From positions 1,504,001 through 1,568,000 of the forward strand of contig CBDDIJ010000002.1 in NCBI GenBank assembly GCA_965228855.1: a DNA stretch of 64,000 nt. Reading direction: 5' to 3'. A model generated the notes under the pieces. It worked only from the letters and a program-made list of their open reading frames with translations. It searched no databases and had not been told where the DNA came from. A program made the position numbers and the translations under genes. The DNA is from Candidatus Obscuribacterales bacterium (GTDB taxonomy: Bacteria; Cyanobacteriota; Vampirovibrionia; Obscuribacterales; Obscuribacteraceae). This document shows, one piece after another, positions 48,818 to 58,757 of the stretch. The first letter of the stretch is position 1. Every line of letters begins with the position of its first letter.

Positions 48818-50617
48818 TTAGCCTTCGTAGTCTTTAGGAGTCAAAATCGCAAAATCGGGCTCCATTTTTCTAGCCAGTTTAATGCATGTTTCCACGACAT
48901 GGCTTAGCAGTGGAGAAACAGTCGACATGCCGGTTTCCTGCGCATACTCTATGACTTTTAATATCAGCGCAGGCTTGGAATTGCGTTTAACAGCAGAGCG
49001 AACAATCGCATGCAACGGGTCGTTCCTTCGAATTTGCGGTCCGGCAGCATTTGCGTACACTTTCAAGAATCCATGTTTTGCCAGGTGGTGCTCGATATCG
49101 TGTTCTTTCATGCACGAAATACGCGTATCGAAATCATCACCATTCAAAAAGCGTCTTGCAACGTTGACATAACTGTGTCCGGCATTGTCACCATCGGACA
49201 AGAGATGCCATTCGATGCCGAGGTCTTGTGCCATTTTGATCATTGGTTCGATTCCACATTGCGCAAACTCTATGCACCGAATCCCTTCTGATTTGAAATC
49301 GTAACCCAGGACGTGTGCCATCTCGGGAAGAAGCCAGCCTTCTGATTCACCTTCGATCAGGAGCCAGACACGGTTCATTATTGCGTCGGCGCGATTGAGC
49401 CGAATGTGATATCCCAGGCGTCGTATGTCGTCCTTGGTTAAACTGTCGGAGCCGACCGCGTGAACGTCCAGCCCTTCCTTTCTGCGCACGACTCGTCGAA
49501 GCGAGCGCAGGGGAACCGATGCGAGCAGATCATCGGAATTAGATATCATCAGTTTCTGAACTGGAATTTGTGCGAGCAAATCCCAGATGCAGGCCCGCGC
49601 GATCGGGTGCAAATTTGTTTCCAAATTTTCAAACGCGATAATTGGCTCCGTTGCACGCGGCATCTCAAGCGTGCCACGCGCTTCTAGAATGGTTCCTACA
49701 ATCGCTAGAAGTGCTATCACTTGATGGACGTCGCCGAATCTGGAGAGACGAGTTCGTTTATCCTTATTCGTCGGTATGCGTGTGGATGCCTCCCGAATCT
49801 CATTGATGAGGACCTGGTATTTTTCTACGCGTCCGGATTCAGATGCAGGGTATCGACCCTCCAGTCCGCTCAGCGCTTCCAGTGCCGCCGCGAGCTCTTC
49901 GCGTGTGAGTCGGTCCGGCTGCGATAGAGCTTTTCGATAGACCGAGAGAATGTATCTGTCTCCGTCTGAAAGCAGGGATGAAACGTCCTCGGATTCGGGG
50001 TTTGCATCTGGGACGGCAGATCCGTTTTCTCGCGGCACCACGTTTTGTCTATCTGCATTCTCTCGCGCAGCTTCACCGTTGTTTGAGTAATCCGTAGCCT
50101 GGTTGCCGTTTTGTGTCCCGTTTACCGCACTTCCATGCCAGCTCAAAGCGATGACCGGGCAGAGTGCACGCAAGTGAGCGAGAGCTTTTGGAACTTCGAC
50201 GTTGACGATTCTTGTTCGATCCGGCTTTAGAAACTCGCAGCGCGACTCGCCACTCTCTCTATCCGCTTCGAACCTCACGCACGCTTCTCTGCGTCCGTCT
50301 CGCCATTTGCTTATAACCGGCTCCAGATCCGCGTAAGCATCTGAGCCCCATTCATGCGGAGTGCCTTCACGAAACGTCAGTACGATCGAAAGCTTTTGTG
50401 CCTGAGGCTCATCCTGACCTGGTGGCATGTGAAAGTCTTGACTGTGGAATTGAGGTGGCTTAGAACCTTTGTCAGGACCAAGACAAATCTTCAGTGCCTC
50501 GATCAGGCTCGATTTCCCGAAACTGCCTTCGCCAAATACAGCCGTAATCACATCCAGCTTCAGCACCAGATTTTTGATGCCTCTGAAGTTTTCAATTTCC
50601 ACCAGTCGAAGATGCAT
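48818..50617 (-). CDS. OLD-family ATP-dependent endonuclease (YbjD-like; ABC ATPase + Toprim)
   Basis: IENFRGI, GEGSFGKSS, ENLETNLHP, WLLIEGESE, SDGDNAG. Confidence 0.85.
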   Translation of the reverse strand: MHLRLVEIENFRGIKNLVLKLDVITAVFGEGSFGKSSLIEALKICLGPDKGSKPPQFHSQDFHMPPGQDEPQAQKLSIVLTFREGTPHEWGSDAYADLEPVISKWRDGRREACVRFEADRESGESRCEFLKPDRTRIVNVEVPKALAHLRALCPVIALSWHGSAVNGTQNGNQATDYSNNGEAARENADRQNVVPRENGSAVPDANPESEDVSSLLSDGDRYILSVYRKALSQPDRLTREELAAALEALSGLEGRYPASESGRVEKYQVLINEIREASTRIPTNKDKRTRLSRFGDVHQVIALLAIVGTILEARGTLEMPRATEPIIAFENLETNLHPIARACIWDLLAQIPVQKLMISNSDDLLASVPLRSLRRVVRRKEGLDVHAVGSDSLTKDDIRRLGYHIRLNRADAIMNRVWLLIEGESEGWLLPEMAHVLGYDFKSEGIRCIEFAQCGIEPMIKMAQDLGIEWHLLSDGDNAGHSYVNVARRFLNGDDFDTRISCMKEHDIEHHLAKHGFLKVYANAAGPQIRRNDPLHAIVRSAVKRNSKPALILKVIEYAQETGMSTVSPLLSHVVETCIKLARKMEPDFAILTPKDYEG

Positions 50618-50628
50618 CTACTTGCACC

Positions 50629-51408
50629 TCACGACAGTACGATCGAAGTAAACAGCAGGCAACCTGCCTCTGACAATTCCACCACCGCGCCATAGGTGTC
50701 GCCCGTGTGCCCCTCAATATGCGAAGCAAGCCAGTGGGAAGCCACCAGACCCGAAACCAGACCGAAGGCAATTATCAAAAGGGTCGGCGATAGACCTATT
50801 TGCGCGGCCGTCGCTACCGATACCATAAGTGGTATCACGAGTCCTTTAAACAGGTCTGAAGGAAAGTTTGTGCTGTCGTGCCAGATCTTGCCTTTTCCTT
50901 CCGGTCTGGCGTAGGGAAAGCGACCGATGGCGTAAAGCTCGCACCATCTTGCCCATGCCGGCACGATTAGTAGAGCACCCAGGAGAAGCGGAACGTTTTC
51001 GCACAAGCTCGCGATGCAAGAAAACTTGACGAGCAGAACTGCTAAGCCCGTCATCGCTCCGAAGTTGCCAACCCGGCTGTCCATCATTATTTCGAGCATG
51101 CGCTCTTTGTTGCGGTGGGAGAAAATACCATCGGCCGCATCCATCAGTCCGTCGAAATGCAACCCCCCTGTGATGCATAACCAGGCTATGGTCAAAATTG
51201 CCGCCGATACTAGATGCGGTGCCTGCATTTTTAAGAGGAGAACTGCGGCAATGCCCGTCAGGCAAATCCCTATGACCATGCCGGCGGACGGCAAATATTT
51301 TGCCAGACCGGAAAGACTGGTCTCATAGTCTTCTGTGTCGGCGATTCCTTTGAGCGGGAACGAAGTCACGTATGACAGAGTTAGAAGGAAGCGTCTGAAA
51401 GTCCGCAT
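50629..51408 (-). CDS. cobS: adenosylcobinamide-GDP ribazoletransferase
   Basis: TGGLHFDGLMDAADG, IMMDSRVGNFG, GHTGDTYGAVVE. Confidence 0.93.
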   Translation of the reverse strand: MRTFRRFLLTLSYVTSFPLKGIADTEDYETSLSGLAKYLPSAGMVIGICLTGIAAVLLLKMQAPHLVSAAILTIAWLCITGGLHFDGLMDAADGIFSHRNKERMLEIMMDSRVGNFGAMTGLAVLLVKFSCIASLCENVPLLLGALLIVPAWARWCELYAIGRFPYARPEGKGKIWHDSTNFPSDLFKGLVIPLMVSVATAAQIGLSPTLLIIAFGLVSGLVASHWLASHIEGHTGDTYGAVVELSEAGCLLFTSIVLS

Positions 51409-51418
51409 CTTCTAAACC

Positions 51419-52771
51419 TCAAGCCTGGCGCGAATTCGGGACTTCGGCGCTGTATTCCGGTCTCTGGGGAAACTGAGCGCAATTTCCGAGAACAAGTAGT
51501 TCGCGCTTGTCATTGTAGTATTCGACGGTGTCCTGAACTATCCGTAAAATTTCCGGATCGGATTCGAGGTTCCATGCCCGCTCCAGAATCTCTGGAATTG
51601 CCTCTTCCGGCTGAACATCAGGTGGCAGTCCGTTGCGCTCTGTCCAGGGAAGATTGAGTTCGTTGGTGAAGCGAGCCACTATATCCGGTACTACCGGCAG
51701 CGCTTCTTGTTTAGTCAAGCCGAAGGCGAACATGCTTCGATTCGTCATGTTGCCGACGAAAGCCTCATGGGGACCGATTATGTCCGTTGCCCATTCCATG
51801 ACGAGGAGCGCGTGGTCCGGCCGGTCCGGTCCCTTATAACTGTCGAGTTGCACGTCGAATAGTCGTGCCATAACGGCAGCCAGTGGCCTCGAGTTTGGAT
51901 TATAAAATTCCACGGCTTCCGGCACCAGCTGCAAGCCATCGAGAACGCCCTTTAGAATGACGAGAGTCGCAGCGATTGATTTGTAGCTCTCTTTCGACTG
52001 CTGATTAGCAGAGCTTCCACCGACATCAGAAGGTTGCAACTCAACAGTTCCGTATAGCGCGTAGAGCCAGTCTCGCTCGGTCAACTGTTTTTTTCGCGCC
52101 ATTCGCTCCAGTCGTTTAATTACAACCTCACGATGAAGGAGCTCATATTTCTCTTCTTCGTTTTGAGCCTGTTTGCGCAGAAAGGCAACTGTTTCCTTCG
52201 CCTCTTTTAAGCGTCTGGAGAGCGTGTAACAAACCGACAGATTTAGTGTCGTGTCAAAATCGTTTTGACCTTTGCGAGCAATTTCAAAGTGTTGAATTGC
52301 ATCTTCGTATTTACTGACCGCCATGTAAGCAAAACCGATTTCGTAGTTGAGAGTCGAATCGAGCGGTTCTTTAGCGAGGCAAGCAGAAAGCAACATGATG
52401 GCGAGTTCGTATTCTCGACCATCGATCATGTGGTATCCCGCTTCAAAAGCGGCAGTCGGATGATCGGCAAGTTCGCGCTCATCATCGCTTTTGCCGTTGG
52501 CAAGCGCTTCTTTCAGGCGCGTCAGGGCTAGAGCTGCTTCCGCGCGGTTAGCCTGGTCGAGAATATCGGCGCATAATTGAACAGCCTCGGCGCTGTTTGG
52601 ATTGTTGAGCCAGAATCGTTTTAACTCCAGCATGGACGGCTCCAGCTTGCCATCTTGCAAGAGAGTCCGTGCTCTTGAAATCGCTTCTTCTTGTTCTTGA
52701 GATGCGCCAGTCAACTTTAGGGTCGCCTCTGATAATTTAACTGTTGAAAACGCACATTCTAGGACATCCAC
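51419..52771 (-). CDS. TPR-repeat protein with C-terminal alpha/beta domain
   Basis: TPRs (LNYEIGFAYMAVSKYEDAIQHF, TLNLSVCY). Confidence 0.75.
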   Translation of the reverse strand: MDVLECAFSTVKLSEATLKLTGASQEQEEAISRARTLLQDGKLEPSMLELKRFWLNNPNSAEAVQLCADILDQANRAEAALALTRLKEALANGKSDDERELADHPTAAFEAGYHMIDGREYELAIMLLSACLAKEPLDSTLNYEIGFAYMAVSKYEDAIQHFEIARKGQNDFDTTLNLSVCYTLSRRLKEAKETVAFLRKQAQNEEEKYELLHREVVIKRLERMARKKQLTERDWLYALYGTVELQPSDVGGSSANQQSKESYKSIAATLVILKGVLDGLQLVPEAVEFYNPNSRPLAAVMARLFDVQLDSYKGPDRPDHALLVMEWATDIIGPHEAFVGNMTNRSMFAFGLTKQEALPVVPDIVARFTNELNLPWTERNGLPPDVQPEEAIPEILERAWNLESDPEILRIVQDTVEYYNDKRELLVLGNCAQFPQRPEYSAEVPNSRQA

Positions 52772-52938
52772 CGCAGTGGTTCAAATCTGCGAAGCTCCGC
52801 GCTTCCGTTTCTACTCCAATCTTGCACCTTGTAACATGGGCGCTAGTTTTTCACGCGTGACGGTCTCGATTCAGGTAAGATCGGCGAGTCGAATTTCGGG
52901 CAGCATTGGCGCCCGTCTTGTTCTCAGGGGGTAATCGC

Positions 52939-53754
52939 GTGAGCACACAGCGCAAAACCATCATCGCCGGCAACTGGAAGATGAATAAGACCATGGGTGA
53001 AGGCAAGGAATTGGTATCGGCTATCGCGGCTGCAACCAAAGGCAAAGTCGATCTTCCTGAAGTCGTAGTCTGCCCGCCATTCACCTTAATTCACGAAGTC
53101 GCCGAAGCGGCCAAAGGAAGCGCAGTCAAGGTCGGCGCTCAAAATATGGATTATCGTGATGAAGGCGCCTACACCGGCGAAGTATCGCCCGTCATGCTCA
53201 CCAAGCTTGGCGTCACTCACGTCATCATCGGGCATTCGGAGCGCCGCCAGTTCTTCGGTGAAACGAACGGAACAGTCAACCTCAGGCTCAAAGCGGCTCT
53301 CAAGCACAACCTCGTCCCGATCGTCTGTGTGGGTGAGACTCTTGACGAGCGCGAGGAAGGGCTCACGGATGCCGTCATCAGAAGGCAAACAGCTGCGTCT
53401 CTTGCCGACATCGACGAGACCGACCTCGAGACGATTGTCTACGCCTACGAACCGGTGTGGGCGATCGGAACAGGCAAGACTTGCGAGGCTGCTGAAGCAG
53501 ATCGCGTGTGTGCCTTAATCCGCGCGACCGTCAACGAGTTCTACAGCAAAGGTGAAGGACCGAAATCAAGTGCTGCCGATCAAATTCCGGTTCTGTACGG
53601 CGGCAGTGTTAAACCGTCCAACATTGCCGAACAGCTCGCTCTTCCGAACATCGACGGCTCGCTCGTCGGCGGAGCCAGTTTGACAGCTCCGGATTTCGTT
53701 GCGCTAATTGAAGCAGGCAGCAAGCGCGTCAAACTGACGCCCTCTGGCGCCTAG
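52939..53754 (+). CDS. tpiA: triosephosphate isomerase
   Basis: [37 protein letters not shown]. Confidence 0.97.
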   Translation: MSTQRKTIIAGNWKMNKTMGEGKELVSAIAAATKGKVDLPEVVVCPPFTLIHEVAEAAKGSAVKVGAQNMDYRDEGAYTGEVSPVMLTKLGVTHVIIGHSERRQFFGETNGTVNLRLKAALKHNLVPIVCVGETLDEREEGLTDAVIRRQTAASLADIDETDLETIVYAYEPVWAIGTGKTCEAAEADRVCALIRATVNEFYSKGEGPKSSAADQIPVLYGGSVKPSNIAEQLALPNIDGSLVGGASLTAPDFVALIEAGSKRVKLTPSGA

Positions 53755-53840
53755 AGACTTCCGCTACGCAAAATGAGCCTTTACTTACCTGTAAGCAGAT
53801 CGCTCGATTCGTTTATAATGCGTAGCTGACCACTGAACAT

Positions 53841-53925
53841 GGAGAGGTGTCAGAGTGGTCTATCGTGCAGTCCTGGAAAGACTGTCTGCTGAAAGGCAGC
53901 GAGGGTTCGAATCCCTCCCTCTCCG
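53841..53925 (+). tRNA. tRNA-Ser(GGA)
   Basis: GGAGAGG..CAGTC-CTGGAAA-GACTG, long variable arm CTGCTGAAAGGCAG, GGTTCGAATCC; CCA not encoded. Confidence 0.95.
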
Positions 53926-54102
53926 GTTATTCCCAGGCGGCTCGAAGGGTTTCCTTCCAGCAGTCTAATAAAAGTGGTGCGAACCAGCCAAAGCAGCAAG
54001 TCTATGCCCGGCGGGCTTTTATAGGCTAGCGTTTGGAAGCAGAGGAGGCGCAGCCTGCGAAGCTAAAGAAGAGCGTAGGAGGCCCAGCCGGCGGAGACTG
54101 TA

Positions 54103-55191
54103 ATGGACCAGTTTACTGACAAACTCGATGAAATTGAGCAGACGTTCCTCCAGCTGGAGGCACAGATGGCTGATCCTGCGGTCATGGCCGACCAGGCTAA
54201 ACTGACCTCGCTGGCCCGCACGCGCAGCGGTATGCTTCCGACAATCGAGGCGTATCGTGAATTTCGCGAAACCAACGAGCAGATAGCTGAAGCTCAAGAG
54301 TTGCTCAAAGGCAAGATTTCGGACGACGAGCGTGCTTATTATCAATCTGAGTTGGAAACGGGTCGTGCTCGCGTCGAGGAGCTGGCTGAGAAGCTGAAGA
54401 TCTTGCTCTTGCCGCGCGATCCCAACGACGAGAAGGACATCATGGTCGAGGTCCGTGCCGGCGCAGGAGGCGATGAAGCCTCGCTCTTCGCTGGTGATTT
54501 GTTCAATATGTACACTCGCTACGCCAACCGCCTGAAGTGGACCTGGACAGTGGAAAGCAGCCACGAAGGCGAAGTCGGCGGCTTCAAAGAAGTTATTTTC
54601 AGTATCAAAGCGGACGGCGCATACAGTAAGTTCAAATTCGAATCCGGTGTCCATCGGGTTCAACGCGTTCCGGAAACAGAAGCTTCAGGTCGCGTTCACA
54701 CATCTACCGCTACCGTCGCCGTCATGCCGGAAGCCGAAGAAGTAGATGTGGAGCTCAATGAGAATGACCTTGATATTTCAACAATGAGATCGGGTGGCGC
54801 TGGCGGTCAGAACGTCAACAAGGTGGAAACCGCTGTGCGTATCGTTCACAAACCGACGGGAATACAGGTTGCTTGCTCGGAAGAGCGAAGCCAGTTGCAG
54901 AACAAAGAGCGCGCCAAGCAGATCTTGCGGAACAAGCTCTATAAAATCAAACTGGAAGAACAGCAGAAAGCAATTTACGATCAGCGTAAATCTCAGGTTG
55001 GAACCGGCGATCGCTCCGAGAAAATCCGGACGTACAACTTCAAGGATAATCGCGTGACCGATCACAGATTGAATCAGAACTTCTCTCTTATCAAAGTTCT
55101 CGAAGGAGATCTGGACGACATGATTCAGGCGAGCACCATTGAAGAGCAGCAACAGAAGCTGCTCGAAGCAACGGGTTTGGCGTCTAGTTAG
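54103..55191 (+). CDS. prfA: peptide chain release factor 1
   Basis: [20 protein letters not shown] (PxT), [19 protein letters not shown]. Confidence 0.97.
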   Translation: MDQFTDKLDEIEQTFLQLEAQMADPAVMADQAKLTSLARTRSGMLPTIEAYREFRETNEQIAEAQELLKGKISDDERAYYQSELETGRARVEELAEKLKILLLPRDPNDEKDIMVEVRAGAGGDEASLFAGDLFNMYTRYANRLKWTWTVESSHEGEVGGFKEVIFSIKADGAYSKFKFESGVHRVQRVPETEASGRVHTSTATVAVMPEAEEVDVELNENDLDISTMRSGGAGGQNVNKVETAVRIVHKPTGIQVACSEERSQLQNKERAKQILRNKLYKIKLEEQQKAIYDQRKSQVGTGDRSEKIRTYNFKDNRVTDHRLNQNFSLIKVLEGDLDDMIQASTIEEQQQKLLEATGLASS

Positions 55192-55203
55192 CTGACCAAC
55201 GAT

Positions 55204-56112
55204 TTGTCGAAGTCCATGAAGAAGATTCGATTTAATCGCGAACAATCATTTGAAACAGTGAAGAAGCTGGTCTGTGAGAACCTGGTTTCCTTCGGCATCG
55301 AAGCGGAGGAGGCCGCAGCGGAACTCGATATCATGATCGAGTTTCTCACAGGCTTGCGCCGATCGCAGATCATGCTCGGAGCCAACGTCGAACTGAACGA
55401 AGAGCAGCTTGTTCAGCTAGATTCCTTTGTTGATAAACGTGAGCAGCGCATCCCGATTCAATACATTCTGGAAGAAACTTACTTCATGGGTCTGCGGCTG
55501 AAGGTCAGGCAGGGTGTGTTTATTCCCAGACCGGATACCGAGACGCTTGTTGAGGTTTCACTCGCCAAGCTCAAACAATTGTATGAACAGGAAAGGATTT
55601 GGATGCTGGAAATAGGCTCTGGAAGCGGCGCTATACCGGTTTCACTCCTGAAGAATTTGCCGAACCTTCGAGCTGTTTCGCTTGATGTGAATAAACTGGC
55701 GCTCGCTGTATCGCGTGAGAATGCGGTTCTCCATGAGGTCGATTGGCGGTTGGAGCTGGTTCATGAATCGCAATGGTGGAAGATCGGCAGGAAGTTCCAA
55801 GCCCTGATTACAAACCCACCCTACATTCCCAGGCATCAGCAAGCTACGTTGCAGCCCGAGGTTGGATTGCACGAGCCGGAATTGGCATTGTTCGGAACCG
55901 ATGATGATGGGCTCGGGTTCTACCGTCAGATCTGCGCGCACGCAGAAGATGTAGTGGTGACCGGTGGATTGATAGCCGTCGAAGTCGGTGATGACCAGGG
56001 CGAACCAGTGCGACAACTGTTCTGCGATGCGGGCTTTGCGGCAGTGCAAACTCATAAGGATTTGAATGGAATCGTTAGAGTTGTATCCGCCCTGATCGCC
56101 GCACGAGAATAA
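55204..56112 (+). CDS. prmC: release factor glutamine methyltransferase
   Basis: FIPRPDTE, EIGSGSG, NPPY; follows prfA; ATG alternative at 55216. Confidence 0.93.
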   Translation: MSKSMKKIRFNREQSFETVKKLVCENLVSFGIEAEEAAAELDIMIEFLTGLRRSQIMLGANVELNEEQLVQLDSFVDKREQRIPIQYILEETYFMGLRLKVRQGVFIPRPDTETLVEVSLAKLKQLYEQERIWMLEIGSGSGAIPVSLLKNLPNLRAVSLDVNKLALAVSRENAVLHEVDWRLELVHESQWWKIGRKFQALITNPPYIPRHQQATLQPEVGLHEPELALFGTDDDGLGFYRQICAHAEDVVVTGGLIAVEVGDDQGEPVRQLFCDAGFAAVQTHKDLNGIVRVVSALIAARE

Positions 56113-56269
56113 GAGCCCGGGCGGCTTCGGTATCATCACTTACCAGTGTGCCACCATGAATTGCTGTGAGAAATATATGTGCAAGTGTGGGCGTCAGGAG
56201 TCCTCGTGGTGAGGATTGGCGCTATCGGAATGCGTCATGGAGTATACAGAAGTGGTGGCATGATGCATC

Positions 56270-56297
56270 TTGTCAATGCTGAGCTTGCTGTTAGAAT
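56270..56297 (+). promoter_or_regulatory. sigma70-type promoter for hslO
   Basis: TTGTCA-N16-TAGAAT with TGn extended -10. Confidence 0.45.
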
Positions 56298-56328
56298 GGG
56301 ATAATGAGCCTGTTTTTGAGGACCCTCA

Positions 56329-57204
56329 ATGAAGGATGGAATTTTAAAGGCTATATCCACAGATGGTAGGGTCCGAGCGGTCATCGCCAGCACGACCCAG
56401 ACGGTGGAGACTGCACGACAGAAGCACGGTCTATCTTATACGGCAACAGCCGCGCTCGGCAGAGCAATGACCGCCGGCATTCTGCTCGCTCGCATCGTGT
56501 TGCGAGAGGGGCAGGTCACCATGAAGTTTCACGGCAACGGCCCGCTCGGAAGGGTATTCGTTGACGCTTCGCCGAAAGGCACAGTCAGAGGTTTTGTCGA
56601 TAATCCCCAGGTCGAGTTGCCGTTAAACTCCCTGGGGAATTTTGATGTTGGGGGTGCAATCGGCACCAACGGCTACTTGCACGTCAACGTCGATCATGGT
56701 TTCGGTCTACCGTATAGCTCCACAGTAGAACTGGCCAGCGGAGAGGTCGGTGAGGACGTCAATCGCTATCTGGTCAATTCCGATCAAGCCGGGTCGATCG
56801 TCGTAGTCGGCACTCATCTTTCCAAGAGCGGCGTCGAGGCTTCGGGCGGTTTAATCGTGCAACTTTTGCCCGACCATACCGAGGAAACAATCTGTCAGAT
56901 CGAAAATAACATCACGACCTTTGGAACTTTTACTTTTCTCATGCGGCGCGGGATGAGTTTGGAAAATATTCTCAAGCGGATTCTGAGCGGCTTCGAAATC
57001 ACAACTTTGACCGAAGAGGAGCCGGTCTCATTTTATTGCCAGTGCAACAAAGAGCGCTTCGTGGAAGCGCTCAAACTCTTCTCGAAAACCGACCTGTTGT
57101 CGATGGCGGAAGAGGATGGCCAGGCTGAAGGCCGATGCCATTTTTGCAATGAATACTATTACGTCAGCAAGGACAGGTTGCTGGACCTGGCCAAGAGTAG
57201 GTAG
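56329..57204 (+). CDS. hslO: Hsp33 redox-regulated chaperone
   Basis: TAALGRAMT, GNGPLG, SGEVGED, QLLP, CQC..CHFC zinc centre. Confidence 0.93.
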   Translation: MKDGILKAISTDGRVRAVIASTTQTVETARQKHGLSYTATAALGRAMTAGILLARIVLREGQVTMKFHGNGPLGRVFVDASPKGTVRGFVDNPQVELPLNSLGNFDVGGAIGTNGYLHVNVDHGFGLPYSSTVELASGEVGEDVNRYLVNSDQAGSIVVVGTHLSKSGVEASGGLIVQLLPDHTEETICQIENNITTFGTFTFLMRRGMSLENILKRILSGFEITTLTEEEPVSFYCQCNKERFVEALKLFSKTDLLSMAEEDGQAEGRCHFCNEYYYVSKDRLLDLAKSR

Positions 57205-57244
57205 GTTGAAACGGCTGAGAAGCCGTGGTGATGGCTGTCACTGA

Positions 57245-57448
57245 TTAAAGTGCGCGGGCGATTTTGCCGGCCTTCAAGCAGGAGGTGCAAACTTTCATGC
57301 GCTTAACCGTGTTGTTGATTCGAGCGCGAACGTTTTGCAGGTTGGGCAGCCAACGACGCTTGGTGTGCGGGTTCCAGTGCGAACGCAAGAAGGTATAGTT
57401 CATACCGACTTGAGGTCCTTTTCCGCATACATCACAACGCTTTGCCAT
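57245..57448 (-). CDS. rpmB: 50S ribosomal protein L28
   Basis: [12 protein letters not shown]...[10 protein letters not shown]...[11 protein letters not shown]. Confidence 0.93.
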   Translation of the reverse strand: MAKRCDVCGKGPQVGMNYTFLRSHWNPHTKRRWLPNLQNVRARINNTVKRMKVCTSCLKAGKIARAL

Positions 57449-57962
57449 AAGAAGCCTTCCACTTTCGATAACGTTATTACCTGCTCCCGCGGATGCGCGT
57501 AGCGCTTTTGCGGGGCTCAACAGCCTCCGTCCGATAACGCTTGACGGGACTATTGATTTAGCCGGTCCCCACCAGGCTGAATAGCCCGTGAAAATCCGAC
57601 AAAGGGTGCATTGTAGCAGTTTCCCGGATGTGCACTACACAATTATTGTCAAATGTAATGCATATACAGAACAATTAGACACAATAATCCCCCAATAAGT
57701 TAGCCAACGTGGTAGTCTAATTTTTGGGGGAAACACGATGGTTGGCGTTGTCAGGCAATCAACTTGAGTTGTTATCAAGAAGATCTGGCGCTAAAAACCC
57801 ACCGGCGTGGCTGATTAGTAATAGTTTGAAATTGATGATAAAACATCACTACTAAAGGCCTCGAAATCGTGGTATCAATTCTGTGGGTGCAGCACTGCCG
57901 CTTGATTTCTCTTCGGTAGGAAAGCAAGACGATAGTGACAAACTTAGGGATCTGTTGAATAA

Positions 57963-58541
57963 ATGGCACTCGTAAATTACGCGGCGCGAGAGATCAACTG
58001 CAAAATCGTCTACTATGGCACCGGCCTTGGTGGCAAAACTACGAATTTGAAATATATTCACAGCCAGTTGGCACCAACAACTCGCGGTGAACTTATCAGT
58101 TTGGCAACTGAAACTGAGAGAACACTTTTCTTCGACTTCTTACCACTCGATCTCGGCAGCGTTCAAGGCTTCAAGACCAGATTCTCCCTGTACACGGTTC
58201 CCGGTCAGGTTGAATATAACGCCAGCCGTAAGCTGATTCTGAACGGTGTGGACGGCATCATCTTCGTTGCCGACTCCGACGTAATGCGTAGCAAGGACAA
58301 CGTTGATTCGCTCCAGAACATGATTGAAAACCTTGCCGAGTATAGTTTGACCCTGGACAACATTCCGTGGGTTCTACAGTACAACAAGCGCGATTTGGCG
58401 AATGCTATGCCGATCGAGCGTATGGAGCGCGAGCTCAACCAGCGCCAGGTTCCTAGTTTCGAAGCGGTCGCTTCCGAAGGTCTCGGCGTTTTCGCTACGT
58501 TGAAAGCAATTTCGAAGTTGATTCTCAACAGACTTCAGTAG
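57963..58541 (+). CDS. mglA: MglA-family small GTPase
   Basis: [26 protein letters not shown] (R53), TVPGQ (Q82), QYNKRD. Confidence 0.93.
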   Translation: MALVNYAAREINCKIVYYGTGLGGKTTNLKYIHSQLAPTTRGELISLATETERTLFFDFLPLDLGSVQGFKTRFSLYTVPGQVEYNASRKLILNGVDGIIFVADSDVMRSKDNVDSLQNMIENLAEYSLTLDNIPWVLQYNKRDLANAMPIERMERELNQRQVPSFEAVASEGLGVFATLKAISKLILNRLQ

Positions 58542-58638
58542 CGCACGTTTTTAGTTTCGAAAAAGCAATCTGCGCTGAAAGTTTTTCAAGCGCAAGGTCG
58601 GTTTGGGCGCGAGTGTATTTTTCGTGTGGAGAACGGTT

Positions 58639-58756
58639 CGTTCGTTTTACCCGATCGTTAGTTCGCCCCGATCGTTCGTTCACCCCGATTGTTCGTTCAT
58701 CCCGAGCGTTCGTTCATCCCGAGCATTCGTTCACCCCGATCGTCGTTCACCCCGAG
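58639..58756. repeat. tandem array of 7 imperfect 17-bp repeats
   Basis: Consensus cgttcgttcaYcccgaK, with no spacers. Confidence 0.9.
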
Positions 58757-58757
58757 T

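Noticed and set aside
48818..50617. Gabija or retron-associated OLD defence system
   Set aside because: No UvrD helicase, reverse transcriptase or msr/msd nearby; motifs fit stand-alone YbjD
53926..54102. SRP RNA or integrated element after tRNA-Ser
   Set aside because: No CAGG-GNRA-AGCAG helix-8 motif, no integrase, and no duplicated tRNA 3' end; prfA follows directly
58639..58756. CRISPR array
   Set aside because: Units are 17 bp, abut directly with no unique spacers, and no cas genes are present
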